A DNA stretch of 63,790 bases, counting the filler. It is 7 parts of 7 records of this genome, joined end to end, with 100 filler letters (N's around TTAATTAATTAA, not from the genome) between each part and the next. Parts side by side here need not be neighbours in the genome. Positions count along the whole stretch, not along the records: positions 58,777 to 63,790 come from SRR31147125_8566; 6 more parts are not named here. One strand, written 5' to 3'. The position numbers were made by a program, and so were the translations under genes. The notes beneath the pieces are model-generated. The model had not been told where the DNA came from. It searched no databases and worked only from the letters and a program-made list of their open reading frames with translations. The stretch's first letter is position 1. Every line of letters begins with the position of its first letter. This document shows, one piece after another, positions 61,258-63,790 of the stretch.

Positions 61258-61392
61258 GTGAGTCTATTTATTGTGTTCTGAAATTTAGTTTGAATCTTTC
61301 GATGAATTAATGGTAAAAATAATGAAAGTAAAAAACATTTATCTGGGTGGTTTTGAAAAGGGCGTACCAGTTAAGTCTAAAAGAGGTGATTT

Positions 61393-63790
61393 TTGTCAGA
61401 TACAGAAAAAACAAAATCCGAATTGATTAAAGAGCTTGAAGAAGCAAGGAAAAAATCAGATGAGAAGTTTGTTAAAGCTTTTCAGAATGCTCCACTATTA
61501 ATGACGATAAGCAATATAGAAGATGGCCGATATATAGAAGTGAATGATGTATTTGTAAGCATAACTGGCTATAGCAGAGAACAGGCTATAGGTACCAGAT
61601 CAGTCGATCTTGGCTTTATTTCTAATAAAGATAGAGAAAAATTAAGAAAAGCAATTGTTAAAGATGGCTATGCAAAAGAATTGGAGCTTGAACTAAAACA
61701 CTCAGATGGCAGGAAAATCATTTGTTTGTATTCAGGAGAAATAATTGAAGTCGATGGCGAAAAAAGGCTGCTGTCTATTGCAACCAACATAACAGACAAA
61801 AAGAAAGCAGAGACTTCATTAAAGACAAGCGAGAAAAAATTTCGGAGCTATGTGGAAAACTCTCCATATGGTGTTTTTATTGCTGATAAAACAGGCAGGT
61901 ACGTTGAAGTTAATCCCAAAGCTTCTGAAATAACAGGATACACTGAAGACGAATTATTAAAATTATCCATCCCTGATTTATTGCATCCTGAAAGCAAAGT
62001 GTTTGGTCAAGAGCATTTTAATACATTACTCGAAAAAGGAATAGCCGAAGGCGAGGGAATGTTTGTAACCAAAAGCGGCAAAAATCGGTTTTGGTCTGTA
62101 GATGCCGTTAAGCTTTCTGAAAACAGGTTTTTAGGATTTGTATACGATATTACTGACAAGCAGAGAGTTGTTAAAGATTTAAAGGAAAGTGAAGATAAAT
62201 ATAGGTCATTGATTGGAAATATCAATGAAGCAGTTGCTCTTCACCGAATGATATATGATGAAAATGGAAAGCCGAAAGACTTTGTATTTTTGGATTGCAA
62301 TCCGATGTATGAAGAATTAACGCAGTTAAAAAGAGAAGATATTATTGATAAACGCGGGTTGGAAGTTATCCCAACTCTGGAGCCTAAATGGATTGATTTG
62401 TATGGGAAAGTAGCTCTAACAGGTAACGCCACAACGATAATAGATCATTCTGAGTATTTGGATAAATACTGGGAAGTTAAGGCTTATTCTCCCAAAAAAG
62501 GCCATTTTGCAGTTGCATTTACAGATGTCACTGACAGGATAACGACGGAAAAAGCACTTAAGGCGAGTGAAGAGAGGCTTTCACTTGCGCTGGATGCTTC
62601 TAACGATGGGTTATGGGATTGGGATCTGGCATCAGGCCAGACATATTTTAGTCCACAGTATTACAAAATGCTTGGATATGAACCTGACGAATTTCCCGCC
62701 AATTATGAAAATTGGGAATTGAGATTACATCCCGATGAAACGAAATATGTAATTTCAACAATTTATGAGCATTTGCAAAATGGTGAGCCTTTTTCTATGG
62801 AGTTTCGCATGCAGTGTAAGGATGGAAGTTATGCATGGCTACTAGGGAAAGGAAAAGCTGTTGGCTGGGATGAAACAGGTCAACCTACACGAATGCTAGG
62901 AACTCATGTTGATATTAGTAAGCGTAAAAAAGCGGAGGAATTGACAAGACAGGAGCGAGATAAAGCGCAAACCTATCTTGATATTGCTGGTGTAATGTTT
63001 TTGGCATTGGATGCTGATGGAATGGTTAGTCTTGCAAATCAAAGAGCAGCACAAGTGCTTGAAACATCAGTACAAGAAATTGAAGGAAAAAACTGGTTTG
63101 ATACTTATATCCCGGAATCACAAAAAACAGAAGTTCGTGAAGTATTCAAAAAACTGGTAAATGGTGCGCTTGAACCTGTTAGATATTTTGAAAATGAAGT
63201 TGTGACGAGCACTGGAAACATACGCACTATATCCTGGCATAATGCATATATAAAGGACGATGAAGGTCATGTTGTTAGCATTATAAGTTCCGGTGAGGAT
63301 ATTACCGACAGAAAGCTTGCTGAAGAATGGTTAAGAAGAAGTGAAGAAAGATATCGCATAATCAATGATGCCAGTCACGATTTTATATACAGTTATGACA
63401 CAGAAGGAAGATTTGTTAGTGCAAACAAAAGTTTGTGCGAAGCATTAGGTATGACTGAAGAGCAGATACTTGGAAAAACGCATGCTGAACTTGGTTTTCC
63501 AAAAGAACAGTGCGACGAATGGAACAGGTTGCATGAGCTGGTTTTTGAAACAGAGCAAACCGTGAAAAGCGAAACATCGGCGATTATGCCTGATGGATCT
63601 TATCGATACTATGAAGTTGATCTTAATCCGTTACGGAATAGAGGTGACTTGATAATAGGGATATCAGGTTCAACCAGAGATATAACAGAACGTGTGTTGG
63701 CGGAAAAGGAAAAAGAAAAAGTAGAAGCGCAACTTCGGCAAGCTCAGAAAATGGAGTCTGTTGGAAGGCTTGCAGGTGGTGTTGCTCATG
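61393..63790 (+). CDS. Cytoplasmic multi-PAS sensor histidine kinase (six PAS/PAC), 3'-partial
   Basis: Absent from the ORF track because there is no stop. TTG start after GAGGTG. Six (D/N)(I/V)(T/S)-type PAC ends, finishing in QAQKMESVGRLAGGVAH (H-box) in the same frame. Confidence 0.9.
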   Translation, partial: MSDTEKTKSELIKELEEARKKSDEKFVKAFQNAPLLMTISNIEDGRYIEVNDVFVSITGYSREQAIGTRSVDLGFISNKDREKLRKAIVKDGYAKELELELKHSDGRKIICLYSGEIIEVDGEKRLLSIATNITDKKKAETSLKTSEKKFRSYVENSPYGVFIADKTGRYVEVNPKASEITGYTEDELLKLSIPDLLHPESKVFGQEHFNTLLEKGIAEGEGMFVTKSGKNRFWSVDAVKLSENRFLGFVYDITDKQRVVKDLKESEDKYRSLIGNINEAVALHRMIYDENGKPKDFVFLDCNPMYEELTQLKREDIIDKRGLEVIPTLEPKWIDLYGKVALTGNATTIIDHSEYLDKYWEVKAYSPKKGHFAVAFTDVTDRITTEKALKASEERLSLALDASNDGLWDWDLASGQTYFSPQYYKMLGYEPDEFPANYENWELRLHPDETKYVISTIYEHLQNGEPFSMEFRMQCKDGSYAWLLGKGKAVGWDETGQPTRMLGTHVDISKRKKAEELTRQERDKAQTYLDIAGVMFLALDADGMVSLANQRAAQVLETSVQEIEGKNWFDTYIPESQKTEVREVFKKLVNGALEPVRYFENEVVTSTGNIRTISWHNAYIKDDEGHVVSIISSGEDITDRKLAEEWLRRSEERYRIINDASHDFIYSYDTEGRFVSANKSLCEALGMTEEQILGKTHAELGFPKEQCDEWNRLHELVFETEQTVKSETSAIMPDGSYRYYEVDLNPLRNRGDLIIGISGSTRDITERVLAEKEKEKVEAQLRQAQKMESVGRLAGGVAH

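Overview
This window is not one locus. It holds seven contig pieces joined by artificial 100-bp spacers (N44-TTAATTAATTAA-N44), and they come from at least two and probably three or more organisms. Pieces 1 (1-10777) and 3 (26106-34972) are from an AT-rich sporulating Clostridia-like bacterium. They carry mrdA-mreD-mreC-mreB, rpmB, an unannotated spoVM-like micro-ORF, spore-coat genes, recX-birA-peptidase-acpS-nnr, and metH(3' end)-PHP-queA-lipoprotein-tgt-ftsA-ftsZ-T-box-hisS-aspS. Pieces 2, 4 and 6 have a different composition; piece 2 is clearly diderm, and 4 and 6 resemble it. Piece 2 carries an uncharacterised cluster: a His-bearing membrane protein, a Tat-exported MBL-fold metallohydrolase, a COG0523 GTPase fusion, a small beta-barrel and exbB-exbD-tonB. 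It also has two Tat oxidoreductases, a FadL-like gene and fucP. Piece 4 carries an Rrf2-led operon (octaheme HAO-family cytochrome, membrane ferredoxin, DUF438, DUF1858), a zinc-finger-PP2C fusion, and a sigma54-driven operon (NifX-like, catalytically altered deformylase, DUF89, radical SAM). Piece 5 is from an AT-rich diderm: barrel end, rhodanese-thioredoxin, TIGR03032 and a very large DUF4347 protein. Piece 7 has trpF, an acyl-CoA dehydrogenase and a six-PAS histidine kinase. About ten frameshifts in short homopolymers, including in essential genes, look like sequencing errors. Family names come from motif recognition by eye, not from database searches. No CRISPR array, rRNA, tRNA or transposase was seen.
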